Shown in pieces: positions 25,501-39,548 of a DNA stretch of 64,000 bases. This stretch comes from Pecten maximus (lineage: Eukaryota): positions 25,234,001-25,298,000 of the forward strand of contig NC_047016.1 in assembly GCF_902652985.1 (NCBI RefSeq). Reading direction: 5' to 3'. The first letter of the stretch is position 1. The number at the start of each line of letters is the position of its first letter. The translations under genes were made by a program, and so were the position numbers. Under the pieces are notes generated by a model. The model made no database searches. It saw only the letters and a program-made list of their open reading frames with translations, and had not been told where the DNA came from.

Positions 25501-28500
25501 CCCCTTGGCGCAAAACTCAAAGCAGGCAATGCCCAAGTAACAACAAAATCCGCTACTTCCGGGTCACCTAAAACAAAATGTGTTAGTATATTTCTTTATA
25601 CTATTATTATTTTGCTAAAATTGATAATCTACGGAACAAGGTTGGTTAATCTATGTTTTTGGAACATATAATGTATGTACATATGCTTAACGTACTCGAC
25701 TAGTTATTTAAAAGGAATTAATTAAAAGAAGAGTGTATGACCAAGATGATATCTCTAAAATTCTGAACTGGTACAATACTGCCAGACAGTAAACTATAAA
25801 CTTGGAGGACATACATATCGTCAAGCTATAAAATTGTTCATCAAACAGAAACTAATCCTTTTTAGATACATTTCTGCAATAATAACGCACAAAAATAAAA
25901 TGATCTATTAATTTTGATAAGTTGGAAACAACTTGAGCATTACGTTCTGATTTAATAACATTCAGATAGGTGCTTTATATATATGGCTAGTTGACAATCT
26001 CTTTTGTGTGTTCTCTGTTTAAAGAGAGGCTTCATTTGTGTTTCAGAAAGGAAGATGTAAATTCCCAAATGAGGTGTGTGTAAGAAAGGCGAGGTGTGCG
26101 GGTCCATCCTGTTTCTTCTGTGCAGGTAAATCAAATAACCACTTTTGCATATTTGGGGTTGTTATCAGTTTGCCAGCGAGGTTAAATTATTCGAAAACGT
26201 TTGCTATTGACATATATGACACCTGTTAAACGTTTATTAGAACGACCATATCTTCGGTGCATAAATGCAATAATCAGTGTATGTCTCTTTTACTCTGAAC
26301 ATAATGCTATTCTGACTTCGAATATGTACTATCATAATTACATTGAACACTTTGACAAGATTCTTATGTTTTCACAACTAAAGCGTTACCATCACTGCCT
26401 AAAGGTTCGGATCCTGCAGTATGTTACGCGTCACTATTGATCGTTTAGTATGACAAGTATGTTACTAGTTTTTTTAATATTTAATGCAATAGCATTATAT
26501 ATCCTTTGTTATTGACGAATAAAATCTATATAAAAAGAGGCAATTTTGTGCTATACATGATTTACTGATATACAATTAATGCTCAGTTTATGGTATTTAT
26601 TAATTGAATACTGTAATATATATAACAAGTTTATTTCTATGAATCAAAAGTTTGTGCTATTAATGATAAGAACATATTAATATTACTTATACTGAACTAA
26701 TTCTATTATCATTGTAATACGATAAAAATCATATTTTGATCTGAGCCTCCCGTTCTGTAAACTACAATCCGCTAGTGATTGTTATCAGTCCTAATTTAGA
26801 ATAACTTTTTCATTTGATTATTAAATACTCTATCAGACATGATTATATGTAAATGTCATATGTTATCATGTAAAACAATTATAGGAAAACTCAATCGTAA
26901 GAGATAATTAATACATCGCTGTAGAAAACATCTTTTTTTGTGTTTCTAGAAACAAACAGCATTCCTAAACTTCCCGGAAAAAAGCCCACGCCGAAACCTG
27001 CTGTTGATATGAGCCCGAGGTTCAATAGTATGCCAATGAATGGTATGGGAATGTATGGCATGCAGCAACAGCCTACTGACTTTTTCTCAGATCTTTTCGG
27101 TCTCGGTAAGAACAATATATACTTAGTTTCAATATTAATAAGTAACGTTTAAATTTTTAAAATACATATTGTTTGTTTCTTTCACGAAAATTTCCCGCTG
27201 TATTCATAAAAAACTGCAATGCGAATTGATGGTTAAATACTGTATGAATATTACCCTGTTCTTGTTTTGCAGGGCCAAGCACAGGAGGATTCGACATTTT
27301 GTAAGTTATATCGAAACTTTTTTACCATGTCCGATTACATGACCTAAGTCGAACTGATCACCCATGGCAGTTATCGGTTTTTTTTTTAAATTGCTATCTT
27401 GATGATTCTAGTTGCTATCACCTTTTCACTTTTTTGGAAAAATTGCTACCTGCATTCTTTCTGGCCATTTATTCTTCTCACAGAAAACAAAATCAATCAC
27501 TAAAGCATTTTGAATTTAATTATTTAATTTATTATCTATTATTTTATCGTTTCCAATATCATATAATATATCACAGCTCCGGCGTGGAGGTATCATCTGC
27601 CATTGCTGTTACTTACACATACGCGCCAGCTTTACCTACTTCATTATGAATTGAACATTGAATTTAGTGCAGCATGTTTCACGAAACTGGTAAAAAATAT
27701 ATAACATATAGCAAGAATGATTAGAAACAATTGCATTCTCTTGCAACTCTTAGTGTGTGCTAGTCAGCATGGGTGTCACTGTGTCACTGAAACAGTTATT
27801 ATCATAGCCAGTAGATCAAACATTATATTTACGTTGAACTCCATACATAAAGAGCATTGTCAAGTGCAATGTAAAAAACGGGTTCAATAATTTCACATCC
27901 GTTTCGTCGACGTCATCATGTGTTTCAATGCACTTCATATCATTGATAAAAGCGTAAAACGCTATCACGTAACGAAATGATATACGAAAAAATCTTAATG
28001 TGAATGTTTAATTTGAGTTATGAAGCCCCTCCGTTTCTTGTGAAGTAAGCCTGACGTGATGTTACTCGATGATATGCTTGGTGTTTCGGTCATTACCCTG
28101 ATTTTAATTTTGAGGTCTTTGCAAAGTCTGAAAGTGTTTGGTTTCCATGATAGATTGACTTTTCCATATACACCGTTATTGTGTGGAAAGCCCGTTTTGT
28201 CTATCTGGATTTACGATTTTGTTTATATATCTTTACCTACCTTAGTGTTCCATTAACACACGGAATTCGTTATTTTTGTAATAAAAATCAGTACCCAGTT
28301 AAGTAAAGGTCGTAATTTTACAGGTTGACTTTAACGTAGTCAAACCAGGTACATATATATATCTATATCAAAAATAATTCATCGTCCATATTAGCCACGA
28401 TGTTTACCGATATGCCCTACTCATATGATAGCAGGCGTTATAAACTTCATCTTCCTATTCCAAATGTGCTGGTAATGAAGGGAAACCATTTAATAGGATA

Positions 28501-31500
28501 AAGTGTCATATTTGAATTTTATAATTTCCAATAGTATGGTATACAACTGTTTCATTACAAGAATGTGACATTTGATGTGTTTTGTCAATTTTGTCTCAAC
28601 TAAAATCAAGGAATATATATTCAAGGAATATATACTGAATTTAATTACGAAGAAAACTGCAGATGATACCATAAGAATAAAGGATAGATAAGGTTTTTAG
28701 ACGTACACTTTGGTTTATTTATCAGCGGAACACGTCAGCAACAGGTAGTCAGACAACCGGTTTCGTCAGGATTTCCGAATAGTTTTTTGTAAGTAATGTT
28801 CGGATTATTAACATAACTATGACATGGCTAACATTCATTCAACGGATCATTTTCAGTATATGTGTCAAATTTTATTGATAACGTATTCATGTGGTGTCAT
28901 AATTTCCTCTCATAACTAAAATGTGTTTCATCATCACAAATCAATTGAAAAAAATAATCCATGTGTTTTATGAAACACCTCCCCCTTTCCAAATGTGTGG
29001 TGGTTAACAGACATCCACAGTTGTAGAGACAAGGGGCAGGACACATGTACAAAATTGTTTACAACGTCACGTGGTATTTAATTGTTCTTGTAAACGTTAT
29101 ATTTGGTGCTATATTTATTCGATGGACAATGGAATTGTATATGGATTATATACATAGATATTTATTCAAATTATGGTATTTACTTTAAAATGGTGAAAAA
29201 CTTAAGCCAGTCAAACCTGGAGAACCAACGTCTATTCATATTTGTTTCAAATACATTTGATGAAAACTGTTTTATTCTATTCTATTCTCAGTGTATGATT
29301 ACATAGAAGAGTTAATGTTAAGTTATGCTTTATACTCTAGAAATAATGAGCTAGTGTAGATACATGCATGTACTGAACGTATTGATGGTCATCAAAGTAC
29401 CAAATCTTTCACTATTCGCTTATTTGTTGTCGACATGCGTAGTCCTAGAAACCCACTAACATCTGTCCCGGTAGCTGGAGACTCGCCCTTTAACCAAATG
29501 GATTACTCCCAGCCATTGTAAGTAAATCACGTGAATCTAAACTTTATGTTTGCAATTCCAATCATGCAATCAACGAACGCGATTTATCTTCTGTTTTAAA
29601 CAATCCAAAGTAGCAACAATGAACAGACTTAACTTCTATGTCTACAAATGTTGGTGTTGTACTTTGTGCTTCAATGGAGGAGTTGCACAAATCTTATGTG
29701 TAACTGTATCATTGTCACTGTTATCATTACTAAAAAGTATGTACATTGTTATGTCTGGAAGCATCCATGGATAGGTAGATCATGATATAATGTTACATTA
29801 ACAACTAACAATTAACGTTCTGACCAGTAGCTCTGGAAACTCCCAGTCTGCAGCTGGATCCATGACAAATAGTAACTCTGCTCCATTCCTGTAAGTATAT
29901 CATTTAGAAGAGCAGAAAATAAACCCTTTATTCTCGTAATTTTACAACTGTGTTTCCCTTGTTGTTATGTCATTTAGAAGAGCTCATTCCAAACATATAA
30001 AAAACGTGCATAGAAGTTCATAATGAAAAAATAGGAATAACACATATTTTTGGAGTCGTCGTTAAGTAAAATAACTTTGGTGTACTCCATGTGCCAATAA
30101 ACTAGTTTTATTAATGTTCTCCTGGTGTTGTCTGTATTCGGGGCTACTGAATGATTCAATGAACACGTCTTTTCTCTTTATATTATGTACATTTGTAGCT
30201 GTAAAATTGCTGGCTTAGAACAATTCTACCTTAAAATTAACAAAATGTCTTAAAATAAAGCACGACAAACCAATATCATAAAACATAAGAAATTCTTCTG
30301 TAAAAAACCCGATAAGTATTGAAAAACAACACAGGCGAATAATAAACAATAAAGCTAATACTACTACCAAAATAACAAAATGTCTTAAAATTTAGCCCTA
30401 TAGGCCAAAAATTTAAAAATTAAAAATAAAAAATAATTTTACCGTAATAATGAAAAAGTTTTAGAACTAAACAATTTTGTCGAACAATAAACAATAAAAT
30501 ATAATGTAAATTTTTTTAATACAATAAGGCTGAACATGGCATTCATATCGTAATAGTTTTAATGATTACTTTTTAATGTTTATTTTGGCTTGAATTGGTC
30601 ATTACTACTATAACGTAGATATATACGGTGCATATTTTACACACTATATATGTCAACAGAGAAACAGCTATAGACACTCGATTGCGTGAGAAACTACTCA
30701 TTATATTGCTAGGGTGTACATTGGTACTACATTATATTATGCGTAGGTCTTACATGTAATATGCCATTAATGTCCCCTGTGGCTACATCAAACGGCTATA
30801 TAACCAAGCACCAAGGCCGCTGTGAGCACATCATACGTGGCAGCTTTATGACTTTTGATTTTGACCTACTCCCATAGGTGTACAATACAGTTAACTGGGA
30901 GAATATCTGTGTAATATCAACATACTTATCAATATCCTACCTCCTGTATAGGATCAGAATACGCCGCCTTGTCTTTGCACATCAGGAATAGATGGATAAC
31001 AAAGGACGTATATGACAAGACATAGTATCTCTATATTCGCATACCAAAATCTCTTTTGATATATGTAACATCTGTATATATTCATGCCTACATCTCTGTA
31101 TATATGATCAACATCTCTATGTCGTTATATAAACATATATACATGTATATAAAACCATAATATCTATATTATTTATACCAACATTTCCTTTAGATATACC
31201 CAACATCTCGATAACTTTACCCCAAAAATCCCTTTAGATATATGTAGCATCTATATACATATCCATGCATACATCTTTATAGATATAACTCGTTACACCA
31301 ACATATATATGTAAAGCCATAATATCCATATATCTGTTCCAACATTTCTTAAGATATAAAATTTACCTAGTATCTCTGTATCTTTGTAGATACATCTATA
31401 TCTTTATAACACCATCTCTGTAGAAGTACCCTATATATATGTATCTTTGTAGATACATCTATATCTTTATAACACCATCTCTGTAGAAGTACCCTATATA

Positions 31501-34105
31501 TATGTATCTTTGTAGATACATCTATATCTTTATAACACCATCTCTGTAGAAGTACCCTATATATATGTATCTTTGTAGATACATCTATATCTTTATAACA
31601 CCATCTCTGTAGAAGTACCCTATATATATGTATCTTTGTAGATACATCTATATCTTTATAACACCATCTCTATAGAAGTACCCTATATATCTGTATCTTT
31701 ATAGATACATCTATATCTTTATAACACCATCTCTATAGAAGTACCCTATATATCTGTATCTTTCCACAACACCTCTATAGCTGTATACCACCATCTCTAT
31801 AGATATTCCAAATAGTCAATCTTAAATTTCAATATGTACGAATTGTCCTTGGTTGTTAAATAGGTTTATATCTAAGTCTTGCATTCACTTTGGACTACTA
31901 AGTATTTCAGAAACAAGAAATGTTGATATTCAATACCTGCACATATTTTTTAATTAAACCTGTTTTAATTAATCTACGTCTCCAGAGTATTATGTAACTG
32001 AGAAGATACTAATAGCCCTAGTCTCCATTCCTAATTACTATATAAATATGACTTTATGGAAATAAGGAAAAACTATTTTGGTTTCGGTCTACAACTTTTG
32101 AATTATTCTTAAATCATTTGCTCAGACGTGGACCCTCACAGATGACCTCCCCAATGTTACCAACCTTTAACTTAATGCGCGAGAGTCCAGCCATGGACAG
32201 AACCTCTGGACTAGCCAATTTGTTGTAAGTTGGGAAAACTCTGGCTATAGCAGTGTATGCACGTAAGAAGACCGCTAAGCAGATCGTTATTGGTGGAACA
32301 GTTGTCTTGAGGTGTATTATAACGTAATCGACTGTAATGATTGCTTTCCATTTCAATGATGGATTCGGTTGTATTTATCCATTTACTGAACTGCATTTGT
32401 GTCTATAATAACACTCTGATAACCATAGCTTGCTTTGCAGAATGATATCAATTTCACATACGCAAGCTTATATGTAACATATACCCATACGATATCCACA
32501 AGTGTTATTCGGTGTACTAACAATACACGAACGCTTCTATACAATAAAATAACACCTTCGTGCTAAGTTTTTCGATAATCAAACGGTACAATTAGCTTCA
32601 TCAAAAGCTTGGCACCATTTTCCTCAAAATATCACAATGAACATTCTTTATTGATTAGATAATATGTGTTCATTCTATCCTCAAACTCGTCTCATTTATG
32701 TTGAGCTGAGCGATTCAAACCAGTATTATCGCGTTGTCATTAGAGCTTTGTATCGTTTCTGCTAACTTTGTGCGTACATTACAAAATTGTTTGGTTTTTT
32801 TTATTTATTTATTTTAGAGTTGAGTAACCGTATGCCTGTGCTGCATACGCGTTATCATACAAAAATGTTAATGATTCGTACTGTATTTCAAAATTGTCAA
32901 CATTTGAAAAAATAACCTTCGATAGTATACCATCATATAAAAAATACACAATGCTTCAAGTTAACAAAGTTTTGCAATGTGCATAACTAAGGTTTGCATA
33001 ATGTATAACTAGTTGTTAAACGGGACTACTACTTCGCAGTTATCACAGTCAGATCTAGTTCGCGGGTAACAAATATCGCGCGACCAAACTTTGTTAATAT
33101 TCCGCTGTTAACACTTCTAAACATTTGTTTGTGTAATTGATATTCGCGCAGTATTTATTTTCGCGCTATATCTAATGACAGCGAAAATAGCGAAATTATA
33201 TCCTACGCGAACATTATTAAGACAGAAGTCCTTCAATGGTGATATCCAATGAAAAGGATTACCTCATTTCAATGACGGTACGTTGTTTCAAACAACTTAC
33301 TCTTTAATGTTGCATGCTCCTCCATCGTTTATTCTACTTCAGGGGATCGTCTTTTAACTGTATCAAATACCAATACCGTATGATTATTTCTTGTATTTGG
33401 AATCCAAGTGATTACAGGTAGATTCCATGTCGATATCTAATATCTAATACTAATAACGCATGATTAGTTGTTAGATTTAGCATCCTCTCGTTTGTAGATT
33501 GATTCCAGGTCGATTCTTCATTTTAATGCTATTTCTATAGCATATTTATATAATGAGTATATAACGACGTCAAATAGATCATTATAACCTAAATACATCC
33601 AGCATTAATGGTTTATTCGACCAAATACGTCTTCTTTCCTGATAATGAAAGTGATATATATAATAAAAGTTAATAAACAAGTGGCATTAACCGATATAAT
33701 TTGCATTACATCCGTTATACAAATTTGTATGTTATCAGTGGTGGACTATTTGGGGGAGGTGGATCGGGAGGAATGAGTGGCGGAAATGGAATGAACTTTT
33801 TGTAAGTAAAACAAAGTGAATTGTAGTTATGTACTAGCGCATGTTATATTATTATATATCATCGTTTAGAGAACATTTCAATTTGTTTATAAAAAACAAT
33901 TCATGTTGATCCATTGTTTTTATTAGAGATGCCTGAACTGATATGATCAATTGAATTAGGTCTCTATTTCATAATACATTTACATGCAATTATAAATGAA
34001 ACCAGTTTAAACAGTATGTCACTCTTCGACTTTTATCCAACTAATATAATTTAATGTTGTAGGTCTATGGGCATGCTCGGGATAGATCCATTCCAGCTAT
34101 TTTAG
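19599..34105 (+). CDS. Uncharacterised secreted low-complexity protein (~249 aa; basic N-terminus, 6-Cys module, Met/Gly-rich C-terminus), shell-matrix or byssus-like
   Basis: Exons 19599-19616, 25282-25581, 26047-26125, 26950-27105, 27273-27300, 29828-29890, 33739-33801, 34063-34105. All GT-AG with matching phases (750 nt). N-terminus MEKIIILLLVVVVVSQAQ; ends MGMLGIDPFQLF*; AATAAA at 34397-34402. Further micro-exons may have been missed. Confidence 0.75.
21880..22530. repeat. 39-bp minisatellite with degenerate edges
   Basis: Unit ggcgttagacctgtaacctacatagatcataccgaattt; explains the 13-aa periodic ORFs at 21834-22364. Confidence 0.9.
22960..23400 (-). mobile_element. Probable Penelope-like retroelement relic with degenerate minimal hammerhead
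   Basis: Minus-strand CTGACAAGTCC-tagaa-GGACGAAAC (~23261-23285) upstream of a PVIIPADKS peptide (~23040-23070) resembling the PLE RT ADK motif. Confidence 0.4.
31375..31765. repeat. 63-bp tandem repeat, ~6 copies
   Basis: Unit gtatctttgtagatacatctatatctttataacaccatctctgtagaagtaccctatatatat; starts at 31441, 31504, 31567, 31630. Confidence 0.9.
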
Positions 34106-35882
34106 ATAAAAGAGAATACAAACATCAGCCCGTAAGCTCGCCATTGATCCCCTGGGAAATGTCGACATGGGGTACCTTAGGTGGCACCTTCGACAGTTCA
34201 CATCGACTCATGTCGTTTTCATCGTAAGAAAGACTAGCACCTTTACAAGATCATGAGAACAGCGCAAAAACGATTCTTTCGCGAAACTTGAGACCATACA
34301 TGTAATACGTGTAAATGATAGTTAGTATTTAGGATGCCGCACGGTAGAAATGATTCTCATTTTTGTAACTCATGTATTAAGCGTTTTTTTGTAAGAAATA
34401 AATCATGTTAATTGAAATGGAAGTTTCCTGTTTTAATGGTAAATTACATTTCATAAACGAATATAAAAAGAGCGTTTCCAGAAGTTGAGCATTTAACCAC
34501 GAACATCATACTGCCCTAACACCCTCTCTGCAACACCAATGAGGATAAAATACAACAAATAAAGGAGTAAGTTTGTATCCAACAAAGGAATATAAATGTT
34601 TAAAATATAATAGTTAAACAGTTAACAAACCTCTATATACATTTACACTAATCAGTTTGTCCAGACATTCTTACTCCTTTATTTACAACTCTCTTCCATA
34701 CATCTGTCAACTAAGGAATAATACAACCAGAGTGGGAAAAGGAAGATGTAGTTGAAAATATATATTATAGACTAGTGTAAGATATCATGTGAGAAAATCA
34801 ACTACAAGGCAGAGTACTAATGTAATTAGAGGGACAACAAGGTGGATCTGTGACTTCTGGAGTTCTAGGCACCAGAAAATATTTGTGGAGGGTCTAGCAT
34901 TATAGACTGTTCCAGTACAATCCTCCATGTCTGCTTGTTAGGACGCATCATGGTCCTAAACAATCTCCCGGGATACGTGAAGTCATCTTCCGTCAGGTAA
35001 ATTGCAGATAACTGCGTTCTGTATAGGAGATTCCACGATCAATTACAGAGGGAGTTTCAAACAACAAGCGTCAACTATTGTGTATCACAGACGACAAGCG
35101 TGTACCAGTACCTGGAGACTATGAAATCCATGGTCACAAGTTGTAAAACGTTATCTCAGCAATAAGTATATAGGAGTCACCATTCATACAATCTAGCTGG
35201 AGCATCCATGTATTCATTCAAGATAGGCAATTACACAGCATGTTCCCATTCAGAGGAATCTACACAACTGTTCTAGACGAACAAAAGCCACCCGGAAACT
35301 GGAAGCTGTTCAATAAATACCTTTAATGGCGATAGTAATAATACACATAACAAATACCCATTTGTGTTAATGTATAAAAAGGATACATCATTTCTGACAC
35401 GGCCAATCTGGTGACATTTAAATAAAGTTTAGAGAAAAAACAAAACCCGTTTTCCCAAGAATGTCAAAGCAATTATCTGAATTTCGCCAGGTTAGGCAAA
35501 TGTGAATGTGACTAACATCTGTTTCATTTCAACGATATACTGACAGCGAAAGATGGCTGTTACATGTATGTTGTCGCTAGCCTTGTTTTGGAGCTCTTTA
35601 TTATGTCTGGTTCCCTCTTCTCTCCAAGATGGTATGTATGGTACTTAACATGCGCAATATCACACATGATTTTGCGATAAGGTTTTATATGTTATATTTT
35701 TTAGCAATGTTAAGGTAGTTGTGTAAGTCAGTGTGTCTCATCTCCTCAGTATCGTAAGACATGGCTAATGGTATTCCCAGTCTGGCTGTGATAAACAACT
35801 AAAAGCATGTGCTAAATAGCTGATATCTTAAAAGGTAGAACTGGTTCTCCCGTTGTAAGTGTGATGTGATCAGAGAGATATC

Positions 35883-35971
35883 TAGCCCGAGTTTCCTCTG
35901 GCCCTGTCACCATGTCTGGTGTAGGGCCCCTACACCAGACATGGTGACAGGGCCAGAGGAAACTCGGGCTA
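35883..35971. mobile_element. 89-bp perfectly palindromic MITE with 9-bp TSD
   Basis: Perfect 44-bp inverted arms with a 1-nt centre; termini TAG...CTA; agagatatc duplicated at 35874-35882 and 35972-35980. Confidence 0.85.
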
Positions 35972-36559
35972 AGAGATATCATGGTGTGAAATTTAAGAGT
36001 GACAGCACAGTATTCCATGACACCGTCATTCAAACAATTTGTATTGCGTTGATAGTGACATAAAACAACATAAAACCAAATCACAAGCATTTTCGAGGTC
36101 AAGGAGGATATCTCAATAATATTACTAGATTAATGCAAACTTGCTTTTATTGATTTACATCGCAAACACTTACGAAAATAGCGCATTTTCAATTGCACTG
36201 TGTAAAGGATTAATATTTTTGTTAGTTATCTAAAACAGAAGTCTTTATCATTTATTTATTACAAGGGTCCAATTAAAGAATTGATAACAATGATAAGAAA
36301 AGTATAGTAAGCCATCAAAGATAAGAACATACATGGAATGTATAAGATTGATAATAGCATAACGATATGTAATACACAAACATGGATTTATTTAAAACGC
36401 ACTGCCTTTATACGAGACTTAAAAGAAGTACACTCCAATATACAGTCGAGTGCAATGGCATTTCGGTTAAAAGTTCTTATTACACCATTATACGTACTGA
36501 ATTTTCTACCATTTATCCTACAATGAGGACAATCAAATTGCAACTGAACAGAGGAACAT

Positions 36560-38120
36560 AAACATTTTCTTGGAGCTAAAATACCAATCTTTTCTGCAAG
36601 ATATGAACAGTCAAATAGCCCATGAACACATCTTTAAAAGAAACAAAGATCTAAATATTGGCGTCGTCTTTCTAGAGACTACAAATCAAAATGTTTACAA
36701 ACATCGGAATAGGAAAGGCTATGAAAATCAAAGTTTGCTTTGAAGCATAAGATTTTTTTAATCTGGACAGTTTCAACGTTCTGTATTGAGTGTAGATTGG
36801 TACGGTGATCAGATATCGCTTATAGTACTCCAGCTGACTTCAAACTAGACTAATGTACAAGGAACTTATTAAAAAGACGTATGTAACAGAGTTACAGGAT
36901 GGTTTTAAAAGACCAAGCGTTTTCATAGTCTTCGACACTACCTTTTTAACATGGTAGGAGAAATTCAGGTTTTCAGATAACCAAATTACTAAGTCCTTAA
37001 CACATGCGACTTTGACTAAAAGTTTGCCACTCATAAAATAAGAAAACTGAAAAGGTTTGCGTTTAATGGAAAAGTTAATGGCATAATAACATTTTCAACA
37101 TTAACCTGCATACGCCACTTCTTACACCAGTCAAAAACTAATGTCATCCTGTAGTAATTCACAATCTAACAGAGATATTATGTTTTTACAAAATTTACTA
37201 TCATCAGCGAACATAAGCCTGACAGAATATTTCTAAACTGCAAGCAAGTCATTTATGAAAATGAAAAATAGATTGGGCCCAATTATAGATCCTTGTGGCA
37301 CACCGGAAGTAACTTTACACCAGGCGGATGTCGCCAAATCAACAATCACTCTTTGCTGTCTCTAACTGCGGTAACTTGTGAACCAGTTTAAAATGTTACC
37401 TCTGAAACTATGGACATAAAGTTCCTACAATAACAACTTATAATTTACGACTCACTTTGTCAAAAGCCTTCGAAAAATCAATGTACACAGCATGACCATC
37501 GTTCTTTTTATTTAAATTTTCTCACACATAATCAGTAAAGCATGTGACATTTGTTTCAGTAGATTTTTTACGCATAAGAACATGTTGTTCCTTACAAATA
37601 TGAGGATTTATAAAATATGAAAATTCATTGTCAACAAGTTTTTCAAAAATCCTTAACAATATGGGCAATATAGACAATGGTCAATGGTTTGTAACACTGT
37701 TTCTTTAACCAGATTTAAAAAATGGAATCTTGTTTGCCTTTTTCAGACAATCAGGAAAAACACCTTCAAGGAGGGACTTATTAAATAAATTACAAATTGG
37801 TACACACAATTCGTGAGCGCATTATTTAAAAACAATGTCAGATATAGTGTCATAAATGCAAGCTTTTGAATCCCAAAAAATATTAGTTTTATCGTTGTAA
37901 AGGGATTTTCAAGACAGTGTTAGGCAAAAATATAAGGCGTGTCATTAGATGTAATATCACTGCCACAGGTAAACACGCACTGAAATTTTTTTTTTTAATT
38001 TTGCACACTCAAGATTACAAGTAGACTTGTTATAAGAATTTGATATTAAGTCAGGAATTTAACCTTCTTCCTTTTACTATTTACACAACCACCAAAACGC
38101 TGAGGGTTACCTTTTATTGA
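36560..38120 (-). mobile_element. Degraded CR1/L2-type LINE reverse-transcriptase fragment
   Basis: Minus-strand motifs [11 protein letters not shown] (~37280-37310), MFADD (~37200) and KDLVIWLSENLNFSYHV..KTLGLLK; many stops. Confidence 0.75.
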
Positions 38121-38239
38121 ATGTTTTACGTTTGATAGGTCATCGTTTTATAGATTGATAGAACTTTAAAGTCTTTGCGTAGACTGCTAAATGTTTTATA
38201 TTCCAGATAGTCATTACGTTTTCTGCACCTGGCATATTC

Positions 38240-38686
38240 ATTGTAGACTACTGACTGTACTGGGCCGTGTACCCAAGGACTGGTCTCATTTGGCAAGTTT
38301 ATATCGCCGAGGTAGCAATCTAAACAAAGCAAGACAAGCGGTTTTTGCAAAATGGACCAAATCGGTTAGGGTAAGACTGTAGGGTAATTGCTGCCATTCA
38401 CGATTTGGCTTTAAATTGATTGAGCATCAGACTTTCATCTATTTCCAAAACTGAAAACAGCTATTTCAGGCACCCTAACCCTAATCCTAACATGCAGTAG
38501 ATGACTTTCTGAATAGCCAAGAAAAGGAGTTCTATAACAGAGGCATTGAGGCTCTTAAACACCACTGGCAAAAGTGTAGTATAGATACTGAATGGGATTA
38601 TGTTGAGAAAAAATACCATATGTCCAACACAATTCAAATTCTTCAATACACTTGTATGAGGCTCACAACTTATCAATCAGCCCTCG
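38240..38686 (+). mobile_element. Internally deleted mariner derivative
   Basis: Matches the 5' UTR and the transposase 3' end of the 41080-42397 element; right TIR gaggctcacaacttatcaatcagccctcg followed by TA. Left boundary uncertain. Confidence 0.7.
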
Positions 38687-39548
38687 TAGTCGTACCACTG
38701 AGGTAAAAACCCGTTTTACTCGTATCTTAGGAACACAAGATTTGATCTGAAAAGATACACTTACATTGTTACTATAGATAAAGGGTCATTCGTAGTTATA
38801 TATTAGTTTACACATAACGGCAAAGTATGCACGCCTGTAGTTGAAAACAGTACGGTCTAGTCAAGTTCTAAGCATCCGGAGCATGGATACAGTATCTCAA
38901 GCTTTGTGATTAGCAACGCGTCACTGACCGAGAGTGTTAACATTAATTAACAGGTTAATTATCCACGGACCCAAGTATCCAGTCTAACCTCTGATCGGCT
39001 CACGGGCAAACTGGTGTAAATCGTGTTCACAAATTATGTTGAGAACAGCAGTAGAGCGGACACAGTCGTTATTACATTGGGGTATCAGAAATAGTTCATT
39101 ACCCTCGGTAATCTAGGTAAAGTCAGGAAGGTTGAAATCATCAAAGATGATTACCCCGTAATTGTATGTGATCTATAGAATATAATAAACATTTACTGAT
39201 TTCCCAAATTCAGATATGAAGTCAATAGGGCAATCAGGTGGCAAGTAATCAGAAGAGAAATACAAATTGCGCTTTGAAAAAAGTCAATTCTACCCATACA
39301 CCCTTAAAATTGGCCTTTAAATCTGGTCTATGTACACATTGAAAATTGGAGTCCAGGGCAAGCAATATACCTCCACCTTCTGTTTTTGCAGAAATTGACA
39401 AATCTCTGTCGTTTCAATATACAATATATATACCAAATCTTAACCGGCAATTTAGATGCTCAAACATTTAAGAAATTCATAATAGTGGCAAGAAGTATCT
39501 GTAAGATGTGATGTTTTATGTTATAAACGCCTGTGTCACGCCTTATGG

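Noticed and set aside
32100-32400. Two overlapping minus-strand ORFs with higher GC
   Set aside because: No recognisable motif; possibly old TE debris but cannot be assigned.
33030-33220. CG-rich ttcgcg/cgcgaa subrepeats suggesting an old MITE
   Set aside because: Termini and TSD could not be defined.
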